Of a stretch of DNA of 56,791 nt, positions 44,409-53,562 are shown piece by piece. Position numbers and translations under genes: made by a program. Origin of the DNA: a virus (lineage: Duplodnaviria; Caudoviricetes); IMG/VR virus record IMGVR_UViG_3300030060_005193, positions 1 through 56,791 of that record, one strand, 5' to 3'. Under the pieces are notes generated by a model. It was not told where the DNA came from. It saw nothing but the letters and a program-made list of their open reading frames with translations, and did not search any database. Position 1 is the first letter of the stretch, and the number at the start of each line of letters is the position of its first letter.

Positions 44409-44692
44409 GCGTAGGAAGCGATTTTGTTTTAGGTCAAGTTGGTATTACAACAACAGATGGCAAAGGACATGACCCAGAATTTTGGGCAGCACAGGCAACG
44501 AAAAAAATTTGCGACATTTCTAACGATGCACCTGAGCATATAAAACAGCAGGCTTTGGCTTTTCAAAATCAAGTTTATACTGTAATCTTACATAGTATGA
44601 AAAATGCAATAAAGTCACAGAACACGACTTATGCAAATTTATTAAAAAAACAGGGCCACAGCGACATGGCTAAAATATTGAAGGAGCTATAA
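44405..44692 (+). CDS. Hypothetical protein
   Basis: TTDGKGH, APEHIKQQA. Confidence 0.6.
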   Translation: MSVGSDFVLGQVGITTTDGKGHDPEFWAAQATKKICDISNDAPEHIKQQALAFQNQVYTVILHSMKNAIKSQNTTYANLLKKQGHSDMAKILKEL

Positions 44693-45120
44693 TGGCAATA
44701 ACATCAGCGATATGTACGAGTTTCAAGCAAGAGTTGCTTGTTGGCACGCATAATTTTACAGCAACAAGTGGTAACAGTTTTAAATTAGCCTTGTATAGCA
44801 GTTCTGCAACACTAGGAGCTGGCACAACTGCTTACGTAACAACAGGTGAGGCTACAGGCACAAACTATACTACTGCTGGCTCTGCACTTACGTCAGTAAC
44901 ACCAACAACATCTGGCACTACTGCTATTTGTGATTTTGCAGACTTAACATTTAGTAACGCTACGGTAACAGCTAGAGGTTGTTTAATTTACAATGACACA
45001 CAATCTGACAAGGCTGTTGCTGCAATAGATTTTGGTGGAGACAAAACTTCTACTGCTGGAGATTTTACTATTGTTTTTCCAAGCGCTACTGCAACAGGCG
45101 CGATAATTAGGTTAGCGTAA
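44692..45120 (+). CDS. Putative tail structural protein
   Basis: SFKQELL, FKLALY, DFGGDKTST. Confidence 0.6.
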   Translation: MAITSAICTSFKQELLVGTHNFTATSGNSFKLALYSSSATLGAGTTAYVTTGEATGTNYTTAGSALTSVTPTTSGTTAICDFADLTFSNATVTARGCLIYNDTQSDKAVAAIDFGGDKTSTAGDFTIVFPSATATGAIIRLA

Positions 45121-45130
45121 ATGTCGTGTT

Positions 45131-47023
45131 ATGCCGCTATCAAAACTTAATTTTAAGCCTGGAATAAACAAAGAGGAAACCGACTATTCAAATGAAGGTG
45201 GTTGGGTTGACGGCGATAAAATTCGTTTCAGAAAAGGTCGCGTAGAAAAAATCGGCGGTTGGGAAAAGCTTAATACAAATTCAATTATAGGCTCTGCTAG
45301 AGCTTTGCACTCATGGATTTCATTAGGTGGTAATAAATATTTAGGTGTAGGCACAACTAATAAATATTACATAGAAGAGGGCAACACTTATAACGATATA
45401 ACGCCTATAAGAAAAAACACCACAAACGCCGCTACTTTTGCTGCTACTAATGGTTCTGCTACGCTTACTGTAACCGATAGTAGTCATGGTGCTGTAACTG
45501 GAGATTTTGTTACTTTTTCAAGCGCTGTTAGTTTAGGTGGTAATGTTACTGCTGCTGTTATAAACCAGGAATACCAAATTAGTTTAGTTACTGGCACAAA
45601 CACTTATGAAATTTCAGCTAAAGATACAAGCGGCGCAACAGTTACCGCAAATGCAAGTGATAGTGGCAATGGAGGCTCTGCTACCGATGCAGCTTATCAA
45701 GTAAACTCAGGGTTAGAGTTTTATGTTGAATCAACAGGATGGGGTGTTGGCACTTGGGGTGCTGGCGCTTGGGGTTCGTCTACTGCATTAAGCGACACTA
45801 ACCAACTAAGATTATGGACACATGATAATTATGGCGAAGATTTAATGATAAATCCTCGCGGCGGTAGTATTTATAGGTGGGTAGAAAATAACGGCCTTAC
45901 AACAAGAGCAGTACAGCTTTCTGCCGTATCTGGCGCAAACTTAGTGCCAACCCGTGGCTTACAAGTATTAACGTCAGAAACCGATAGGCATTTGATAGTT
46001 TTAGGCGCAGACCCAATAAGTAGTGGTTCAAGGACAGGAACTTTAGACCCTATGTTGATTGCATTTAGCGACCAAGAAAATCCTTTAGAGTTTGAGCCAC
46101 TTGCAACAAATACCGCAGGTTCTTTGAGATTATCTTCTGGCTCTTCTATTGTAGGCGGCTTAAAAGCAAGACAAGAGGTTTTAATATGGACAGACACATC
46201 TTTGTATTCAATGAATTTTATTGGACCACCTCTTACATTTGCTGTAAACCTAATTAATGAGGGTGCAGGACTAATTGGCCCTAAAGCTGCTGCAAATTCA
46301 CCAAAAGGTGTTTTTTATATGTCCAAGAAAGGTTTTTATTTTTACAATGGCGCTGTGCAAAAGTTACCATGCTCAGTGCAGGACTATGTTTTTTCTGACT
46401 TAGATGAAAGCCAAGCGTTTAAATGTTTTGCTGGCCTAAACGAAGAGTTTAGCGAAGTTTGGTTTTTCTACCCTTCAACGACTGATAATGAAACAGAAAT
46501 ATCTAGGTATGTAATTTACAACTATGAGGAAAACTCTTGGAGCATAGGCTCATTAGAAAGGTATAGCTGGTTAGCAGCTGGTGTACTAAACAAGCCTCTA
46601 GCAGCAGGTGAGGCAAGCTCAACCAAATACGTTTATGAGCATGAGAAAGGTTTTAACAATGATAGCGATTCAATGGATGGTGTTTTTATAGAATCAGCTG
46701 ACATAGATATTGCAGATGGTGAAAATTTTGTATTTCTTAAAAAAATACTTCCAGATATATTGTTTGTAAATCAAGTAGGGACAAGTCAAAACCCTTGTAT
46801 AAATGTGGTTGTTAAAAGACGTGATTTTGCAAATCAAACCTTAACCACTGATTCTACAACACAGATTACATCAAGCTCTACTTTTGGCTCATTACGTTCG
46901 CGTGCTAGACAATTTGTTTTAAGGTTTGAGTCCGATGATGACACCTCTGAAACAGATAGAAAAAATTATAAGTGGAGGCTAGGAAGCACAAGAGTAGAAG
47001 TTCAACCGTCAGGACGTAGATAA
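45131..47023 (+). CDS. Tail hub/DNA-stabilisation protein (P22 gp10-like)
   Basis: FKPGINK, beta-propeller-like composition, FSDQEN, position before internal proteins. Confidence 0.65.
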   Translation: MPLSKLNFKPGINKEETDYSNEGGWVDGDKIRFRKGRVEKIGGWEKLNTNSIIGSARALHSWISLGGNKYLGVGTTNKYYIEEGNTYNDITPIRKNTTNAATFAATNGSATLTVTDSSHGAVTGDFVTFSSAVSLGGNVTAAVINQEYQISLVTGTNTYEISAKDTSGATVTANASDSGNGGSATDAAYQVNSGLEFYVESTGWGVGTWGAGAWGSSTALSDTNQLRLWTHDNYGEDLMINPRGGSIYRWVENNGLTTRAVQLSAVSGANLVPTRGLQVLTSETDRHLIVLGADPISSGSRTGTLDPMLIAFSDQENPLEFEPLATNTAGSLRLSSGSSIVGGLKARQEVLIWTDTSLYSMNFIGPPLTFAVNLINEGAGLIGPKAAANSPKGVFYMSKKGFYFYNGAVQKLPCSVQDYVFSDLDESQAFKCFAGLNEEFSEVWFFYPSTTDNETEISRYVIYNYEENSWSIGSLERYSWLAAGVLNKPLAAGEASSTKYVYEHEKGFNNDSDSMDGVFIESADIDIADGENFVFLKKILPDILFVNQVGTSQNPCINVVVKRRDFANQTLTTDSTTQITSSSTFGSLRSRARQFVLRFESDDDTSETDRKNYKWRLGSTRVEVQPSGRR

Positions 47024-47334
47024 TGAGTAAATTACTACCAACTCAGTTGCCTTTTGCTCAGGGTGAAACAGTTTCAGCAGATACTTTTAACAGATTAATT
47101 AGAATATTAGAAATTAACCTTAGTTCTGTAGACCCAGACGCAATTAAATCATATAACTCCACAGACATTAGCGAGTTGCAATTTGCTACAGGTGCTATTA
47201 TATTTAACTCAACGACAGAGGTTCATCAAGCCTTTGATGGCACACAGTTTAGAAACCTGTATGAACATCAAACTTATTTGACTGGACTTTCTGCTACAAT
47301 GAGTTTAGGAACAGTAACAGTGAGTACGCCATAA
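47023..47334 (+). CDS. Hypothetical tail-associated protein
   Basis: TAATG coupling; RLIRILE. Confidence 0.6.
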   Translation: MSKLLPTQLPFAQGETVSADTFNRLIRILEINLSSVDPDAIKSYNSTDISELQFATGAIIFNSTTEVHQAFDGTQFRNLYEHQTYLTGLSATMSLGTVTVSTP

Positions 47335-49580
47335 TGATAAATGAACTATTAAGACAAAGAATACTAGGACTAACAGGCGACGCTTCTATGTTGCCTCCAG
47401 AGCGTTTAGAAGGTGATGGCGACGCTTTTGGGCCTGGTGTCTTGTCTGACCAAGACAAAGCAATAGCAGAGCAATTAGGCATAAATCCTGATACGGCTCA
47501 GGTGGTGGGTGACCAGCAACTTCAAGAACAAATAGAAATGGCTAAAAGAATGTTAAATCGGCAATATCAAGAGGAAATGAAAATGCTTGAAAGCACTATG
47601 CCTATAAAAACGATGCCGTCACCTGCGGTAGAGGCACCAACGAATCCACGCGATTTAATTACAAATCTACCTGCTTCAGCAGTGCCGATGGCTGAGAATC
47701 CACGCGATTTAATTCAAAATCTGCCTGCTCCAGCGAGGCCGATGGCTGAGAATCCACGCGATTTAATACAGTTGTTTAAAGGTGCAGAAAACATGTCGCC
47801 AGAAGAACAAGCATCTATACAAAACCTCATGCAGCGTGGTCTAGTGCAAGAGCAAGCGCCAATGATGGGTATAGCACAAGAAATTGCTGCTCAAGGCGAA
47901 GGTGAAGATACTCAACTTGCTCATTTAAAACCAGGTGAAGTAGTTTTACCACCAGAGTTTTTTGAAGATGATAGATTTGAGGCGATGGTTGAGAGTAAAT
48001 TTAAAGAAATTGGAGTAAACCCAGAAGAGGCTGTTGTTGGCACAGGTATAGCTACACTAAACCCAATCACAGGATTAGAACAATTTGGATTTTTCAAAAA
48101 GATAGGCAAAAGTCTTAAAAAAGTAGTTAAAAAAGTAGCGCCTATCGCTGCATTTATACCTGGAGTTGGTACAGCTTTAGGAGGAGTATTGGGTGGTATT
48201 GGTGGCTTGGCCTCAAAGATACCTGTCATTGGAGGCACCTTGGGTAAAATTGGAAGCACTGTTGCAGGAGGTATTGCTAAAGCAGGCATACCTGGTCTTT
48301 CATCTATTGCAGGTGGGACAGCTGGTGGTTTTAGCGGTATTGTACCTGGTTTAACAAATCCTTTAGCTGGCGGTATGTTTGGAAAAACAGGCTCTACTTT
48401 CGCAGGTGGTCCAGCAGCAGGACAAGGTTTAGCAAATAAATTTGGTTTAGGTAGCGGTACACCAAGTCAAGTTGCGTCTTCAAACTTAGCAACAAATGCA
48501 CAAAATGCTTTAAATAGCATGACACCAACACAATTAGCTTCAATGCCACCTGCACAGCTACAACAGTTACAACAATTAGCTGCTGGAGGCAGTGGCGGTT
48601 TTCTCAGTAATCTAACAGGCGGCGGTGGCGGTAGCGGTGGAGGCGGAGGCTTTTTGGGAGGTCTTGGTAATTTTGCAAAGACAGCTGGTATCGGAGCCTT
48701 AGCTGCTGGTTTGGGTAAACTAGCTTATGAAGACGCTAAAAAACAAACAGGAGTTCCTTTAACCCCATTAACAACCATGAGTCCAACTGGTAGATACAAT
48801 ATTGAAGCTGAAATAGCTAGAAGAATGGGACAAGAGACACCAAACCCAGTTGAGTTTGGTTTATTACCCGCAAACACTTTTCCAGAGTTATCTGGTGGCA
48901 AGCCAGCAGGTATGATGTATGGCGGTGCTGTAGAAGATTTAACAGGCGGTATGGCTATGGGCATGCAAGAAGGTGGGGGTATTATGGCCTTTGCTCAGGG
49001 CGGAGCAGTACAAATGCAAGATGGTGGTGGCATTGATAGTTTGTCTCAAGATAAAATTAATAAATATTTAGATGAATTAAGCCAAAAAAAACAAGATATG
49101 TTTTTTCATAATAAATTTCCTACAACCTTAGTAAGTAAACAAAAATTTAAAACAGCAAAAGAAAACTATGACAACGCGGCAAGATATGTAACGCCAGAAA
49201 ACCTTGCTAAATATGAGGAAGGTGGTATGGATGCAATTTCATCAAAAGCAGCAAAAAAAAGTTTGAAAAAATATTTAAACTCTATAAATGCAAAAAAAAT
49301 GTCAGAGGGTGGTGGTATGAATCCAGGTGAGTTTCCAAGAATGGATGGCGATATAAATGGTCCAGGTACAGAAACCAGTGATGACATACCAGCTATGTTA
49401 AGCGATGGTGAGTTTGTAATGACAGGACAAGCCGTAAGAGGTGCTGGCTCATACGAAATGCAATCAGACCCAAGCGGTATTATTAGTTTAATGCCAACTA
49501 TGGATGAAAACAGAGAAAGAGGCATGGATAATATGTATGCAATGATGGACACTTTTGCAAGCAAAGCTAAGGAATCATAA
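47334..49580 (+). CDS. Putative internal virion/ejection protein
   Basis: DTQLAH, NPITGLEQF, Gly-rich hydrophobic segment, GPGTETSDDIPAMLSDGEFV, six xxxGG motifs. Confidence 0.6.
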   Translation: MINELLRQRILGLTGDASMLPPERLEGDGDAFGPGVLSDQDKAIAEQLGINPDTAQVVGDQQLQEQIEMAKRMLNRQYQEEMKMLESTMPIKTMPSPAVEAPTNPRDLITNLPASAVPMAENPRDLIQNLPAPARPMAENPRDLIQLFKGAENMSPEEQASIQNLMQRGLVQEQAPMMGIAQEIAAQGEGEDTQLAHLKPGEVVLPPEFFEDDRFEAMVESKFKEIGVNPEEAVVGTGIATLNPITGLEQFGFFKKIGKSLKKVVKKVAPIAAFIPGVGTALGGVLGGIGGLASKIPVIGGTLGKIGSTVAGGIAKAGIPGLSSIAGGTAGGFSGIVPGLTNPLAGGMFGKTGSTFAGGPAAGQGLANKFGLGSGTPSQVASSNLATNAQNALNSMTPTQLASMPPAQLQQLQQLAAGGSGGFLSNLTGGGGGSGGGGGFLGGLGNFAKTAGIGALAAGLGKLAYEDAKKQTGVPLTPLTTMSPTGRYNIEAEIARRMGQETPNPVEFGLLPANTFPELSGGKPAGMMYGGAVEDLTGGMAMGMQEGGGIMAFAQGGAVQMQDGGGIDSLSQDKINKYLDELSQKKQDMFFHNKFPTTLVSKQKFKTAKENYDNAARYVTPENLAKYEEGGMDAISSKAAKKSLKKYLNSINAKKMSEGGGMNPGEFPRMDGDINGPGTETSDDIPAMLSDGEFVMTGQAVRGAGSYEMQSDPSGIISLMPTMDENRERGMDNMYAMMDTFASKAKES
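47642..47770 (+). repeat. In-frame 54-bp tandem repeat (NPRDLI three times)
   Basis: GAATCCACGCGATTTAAT at 47642, 47696, 47750. Confidence 0.85.
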
Positions 49581-52114
49581 TGGGTTTGTTTAAAAATTTA
49601 ATTAGAGGTGTTAACGACATAAAAGCGCCTACATTCAACCGTGGTTTAAGGCAGCCGATAAGAAATATAAATTTTCCACCTATAAGACGTATGCCAATGC
49701 CTCAACCTATGCCTGTTGTTCCACCAAGTCCATTGGTGCCGCCGCGAACTATTGGTGATATAAACAGATTAATACCTTCATTAGATGGATTGCCTCCTAC
49801 AATAGCACCACCTCCAACCAATGTGCCTGGTGCACCAATTCCAAGTAGTGGTAGAGGAGGATTAAAAGGAGCATTTGATAATTTTCAAAAATTTATTGCA
49901 CAAAATCCTGACAAAACAAGACAAGGTGGAGGTATTTTAGGTGGAGTAGATTTAACTGGTGAAAGCCTTAGAAATGCTTTGCCTCCAGTAGTAGGTGGTC
50001 CACCTTTAGATACATCTTTAATACCTGAAAGAGAAATATTACAAAGACCTATTATTCCACCAAAACGTAATGATTTTATGTCTATAGAAAGAATAGATAA
50101 GCCAATAAATGAACTTATACCTCGTATGCCTAATGAAGCATCTATACCTTTTGTACCCCCTGTGCCAGCACCTTTGCAAAGACAACCACAGCCAAATCTT
50201 GCAACAGGAATTATAGACCCTGTAAGTCAACCAATACAGCAGTTGCCACAAGGTCCTCAACCAATACCGCAGGTACCTAATCCATTTGAAAAACCAATCA
50301 TGCCTCCCAAGCGTGATGATTTCATGTCTATAGATAGAATTGGTAATTATGATTTAGAGAGACAGAATCGTGGCATCGTTGCAAACCCAGCACCAGTACC
50401 AGTTACATCGCCTGTAATACCTCAACAACCTACTTTTACTCCAATATCAGAAAGAACAGATATATATGGTGCAGGTAAAGATTACGACCCAGCAAATTTA
50501 CCAGAAGGGTACACTTTTGACCAATCTCAAGTTCCAGGTAAAGTTATGACCACAGTTATGCCTCAACCTGGTTTTGTGTATGCCTATGGTCCAGATGGCG
50601 ATAGAATAAGTGTGCCAAGTGGAGCACCAGGAGCAGAAGCTCAACGTGAGCAAGGTGCGGCTAGAGACCAAGCATTTCGTGATTTTCAAAAAACTAATCC
50701 TGGAGAGGCTTTTGGTGTAACACCACCTTCACCACCTATATCTACTCCAGTACCAGAGCCAGTTACAACCCCTGCTCCAGTTACACCACCAGAGCCAGTA
50801 ACTCCACCAGCATCTACAACAGTTGCAGCTAATCAACCAGCTCCAGCTCCAGTAGTAGAGCCTACCACCACTGACGACCCTGTTGTGGTAGAACCTCCTG
50901 TAGAGCCAGCTGCTACAACTACTACTACAAACGCAGGACAAGCGGTAAATAATCCTTTTGCTGCATCAGTAACACAAAGACAAACCACATTAGACCCAGT
51001 CACACAACAATTATTATTTGGTCTTGATGGACAAGGCGGTTTTATACCTGGTGCTATGAGAGCTGCTGAAAAAACTTTTTACGATGACCAAGGCAATCCT
51101 ATAGTTATAGATGAACAAGTAGCAGGATTTAGTCCTGACCAGCTTGCAGCAATGCAAATGCAAAGACAATCAGTAGGACAACAAGACCCATACCTAGGAA
51201 CAGCAGCAGACGCTTATGGCGCTGGTACTCAAGCTTTAGAAGAAGGCTTACAAAGAGGTCGTACAGCTGCAATAGGCTCGTTAGCGGCCACTAGAGGCGG
51301 TCTAGGCTCGTTACGTCAAGGACTGGGTGAGTCGGCCGATATTTTACGTGGAACTGTTGGTGGTTATGACCCTAGCATGACTGAAAGATTTTATGACCCA
51401 TACGAAGACAGAGTAGTACAGCAAACCATACAAGATGTTATGGAACAAGGAGCAAAGTCAGATATAGGAGCAAGAGCTGGTGATATTGCAAGAGGTGGTG
51501 AATCTGCTTTTGGTTCCAGAGCTCGTCTCGGCGCCTCTGAGCGTCAAAGAGCTATTGGTAGGGGTTTGGCTGAGGCATTGGGCGGTATTCGCTCTCAAGG
51601 CTTTAGACAGGCACAACAAACTGGTTTAGGTGAGTTTGCTCGTCAAAAAGCAGCAGAAAGAGCTGCAAGCTCTGGGTTAGCTGGGTTAGCTGGTCAAGGA
51701 TTCACAGGACAACAAGCTTTAGCTGGTGCTTTAAGTGGGTTGGGTCAAACAGAACAAAACATAGGACAACAAAGATATAGTGGGCAATTTGGTCTTGGAA
51801 GCAGTTTACAAGGCCTCGGAGCGCAAGCAGCAGGCGCATCCGCATCTGACATAGCTGCACTTTATGGCATGGGCGCACAACAACAAGGACAAACCCAGCA
51901 AATGTTAGATGCACAACGTAGAAACTTACAACAAAGACAAATGACACCGTTGTTACAGTATCAGGCATTACAACCATTTGTAAGCATGGCTCCAGCTGGA
52001 CAGTTCCAAACAGATACACAGTTTGTTCCAGCGCCTAGTCCAGTTCAAGCTGGCATGGGTGTAGGATTATCAGCCTTCGGTGCTTTGGGACAACTATATG
52101 GTGGCAAAGATTAA
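49580..52114 (+). CDS. Putative internal virion/ejection protein with a long Pro-rich N-terminal half
   Basis: About 450 aa Pro/Gln/Thr-rich then Gln/Gly/Ala-rich helical region (VAGFSPDQ, FYDPY, AFGSR). Confidence 0.6.
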   Translation: MGLFKNLIRGVNDIKAPTFNRGLRQPIRNINFPPIRRMPMPQPMPVVPPSPLVPPRTIGDINRLIPSLDGLPPTIAPPPTNVPGAPIPSSGRGGLKGAFDNFQKFIAQNPDKTRQGGGILGGVDLTGESLRNALPPVVGGPPLDTSLIPEREILQRPIIPPKRNDFMSIERIDKPINELIPRMPNEASIPFVPPVPAPLQRQPQPNLATGIIDPVSQPIQQLPQGPQPIPQVPNPFEKPIMPPKRDDFMSIDRIGNYDLERQNRGIVANPAPVPVTSPVIPQQPTFTPISERTDIYGAGKDYDPANLPEGYTFDQSQVPGKVMTTVMPQPGFVYAYGPDGDRISVPSGAPGAEAQREQGAARDQAFRDFQKTNPGEAFGVTPPSPPISTPVPEPVTTPAPVTPPEPVTPPASTTVAANQPAPAPVVEPTTTDDPVVVEPPVEPAATTTTTNAGQAVNNPFAASVTQRQTTLDPVTQQLLFGLDGQGGFIPGAMRAAEKTFYDDQGNPIVIDEQVAGFSPDQLAAMQMQRQSVGQQDPYLGTAADAYGAGTQALEEGLQRGRTAAIGSLAATRGGLGSLRQGLGESADILRGTVGGYDPSMTERFYDPYEDRVVQQTIQDVMEQGAKSDIGARAGDIARGGESAFGSRARLGASERQRAIGRGLAEALGGIRSQGFRQAQQTGLGEFARQKAAERAASSGLAGLAGQGFTGQQALAGALSGLGQTEQNIGQQRYSGQFGLGSSLQGLGAQAAGASASDIAALYGMGAQQQGQTQQMLDAQRRNLQQRQMTPLLQYQALQPFVSMAPAGQFQTDTQFVPAPSPVQAGMGVGLSAFGALGQLYGGKD

Positions 52115-52116
52115 CT

Positions 52117-53562
52117 ATGGCAATATCAAGAGCGCAAATACCAGAACAAATAGATATATTTAATCAAGGCGGTGCTGCAAGCACTAGCACTATGAATACT
52201 CTATCTCAACAACTTATGGATATGCCAAGTTACGAAGAAAGCTATCAAAAATATTACGACAGACTTTCACAAGTAACTCCACCTAGAAAAAAAATGAACA
52301 TATATGAAGTTGCATCTGAACTAGGCGCAGGTTTGTTGTCTACACCAAACACAGGTGTAGGTTCGGCTTACACAGGTCTTGGAGCTGGTTTTACAAGAGT
52401 GTCTGATAGATTGCGCGCTGCTAAAGAAGAAGATGCAAAAATGCGCCAACAAATTGGTTTTCAAGCCGCACAGATGGCTATGCAAAGTGAAGAAAAAGCA
52501 TTAGATTTTTTGCGTGAATATGAAACCGAAGTTTTAAAATACAAAAACAAACGTGGCGATTTATTAACGTTTCAAAAAGAAATGCCAGATGGAAAGTTTG
52601 ATATTAAAACTATTAGAGATAATTATGCTAATGATACGGCTATAAATGATTTACTAAAAGATGGATATTTTGAAAGAGGTTCTGGCTCAAAAATATCTGT
52701 AAGCACAGGACCCCAGTTTAGTAAAAGGGATGAAGAGGCAGTAAAGGCACAAATTAAAGCAGAAGAAGAAATATTAGAAAAATATAGAGCTGGTAATAGT
52801 TCTGTTGCAAATCTTAACGAAGCAGAGGCTATTGCAAATAGATTAGGACCACAAAATTTTGGTACAGTATCAAAATTTACTTTATTTCCAAGACAAATTT
52901 TGGATGGACTAGGAGTTAATAGTCAAACCGAATCAGATGTTATAGGTGACCAAATACTTTTAAGTCAAATATCTCTCGGCTTTACTATGGATATTGTTAG
53001 CAGAACAAAAGGTGCTATATCTAACCGTGAAATGGAAATGTTTGAAAGAGCCTCACCTGGACTTGGCTCAAACTATAATGGTTTTTTAAAACAAGTAGAG
53101 TATTTGAAAAGAGTAGCGCAAAGAGACGTAGATTTTTTTAATGCTTATACAGCAAAGGCTGATGAGCTTGAGGCTCAAGAATTAAAAGGCGAAATAACAG
53201 CAAGCAAAGTGCGAAGAGAGCTTGCAAAGTTTGAAGGCGATTGGTATGACAAAAACTTACTATTTAGTGATGAAGAGTTTGATGAATTAGAAAAAATAGC
53301 TGCGGGCGATTATACGGATGTAACAGGAAATGTTTACACAACACCAGAAGACTTTAACACAGATGAGTGGAGAAAAAGTTATCGTGAAGGACAAGAAAAA
53401 GGCGATAACTTAAAGTCTACTTATTCAGAGGGTAAACCACCAATAGTGGCTTCATACGAAAGAAAAATACAAGAAATAGAAAATGATGCAAACTTATCCG
53501 ATGACAAAAAAACAGAGTTAATTGCAATAATTAACCAAAAAATAAAAGATGCTACACCATGA
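52117..53562 (+). CDS. Putative internal virion/ejection protein
   Basis: N-terminal MAISRAQ, KGAISNREM, helical. Confidence 0.6.
   Translation: MAISRAQIPEQIDIFNQGGAASTSTMNTLSQQLMDMPSYEESYQKYYDRLSQVTPPRKKMNIYEVASELGAGLLSTPNTGVGSAYTGLGAGFTRVSDRLRAAKEEDAKMRQQIGFQAAQMAMQSEEKALDFLREYETEVLKYKNKRGDLLTFQKEMPDGKFDIKTIRDNYANDTAINDLLKDGYFERGSGSKISVSTGPQFSKRDEEAVKAQIKAEEEILEKYRAGNSSVANLNEAEAIANRLGPQNFGTVSKFTLFPRQILDGLGVNSQTESDVIGDQILLSQISLGFTMDIVSRTKGAISNREMEMFERASPGLGSNYNGFLKQVEYLKRVAQRDVDFFNAYTAKADELEAQELKGEITASKVRRELAKFEGDWYDKNLLFSDEEFDELEKIAAGDYTDVTGNVYTTPEDFNTDEWRKSYREGQEKGDNLKSTYSEGKPPIVASYERKIQEIENDANLSDDKKTELIAIINQKIKDATP

Noticed and set aside
47642-47770. 18-bp repeat with 36-bp intervals resembling a mini-CRISPR array
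   Set aside because: The intervals resemble each other, the 54-bp period keeps the frame of an 18-aa protein repeat, and no cas genes are present
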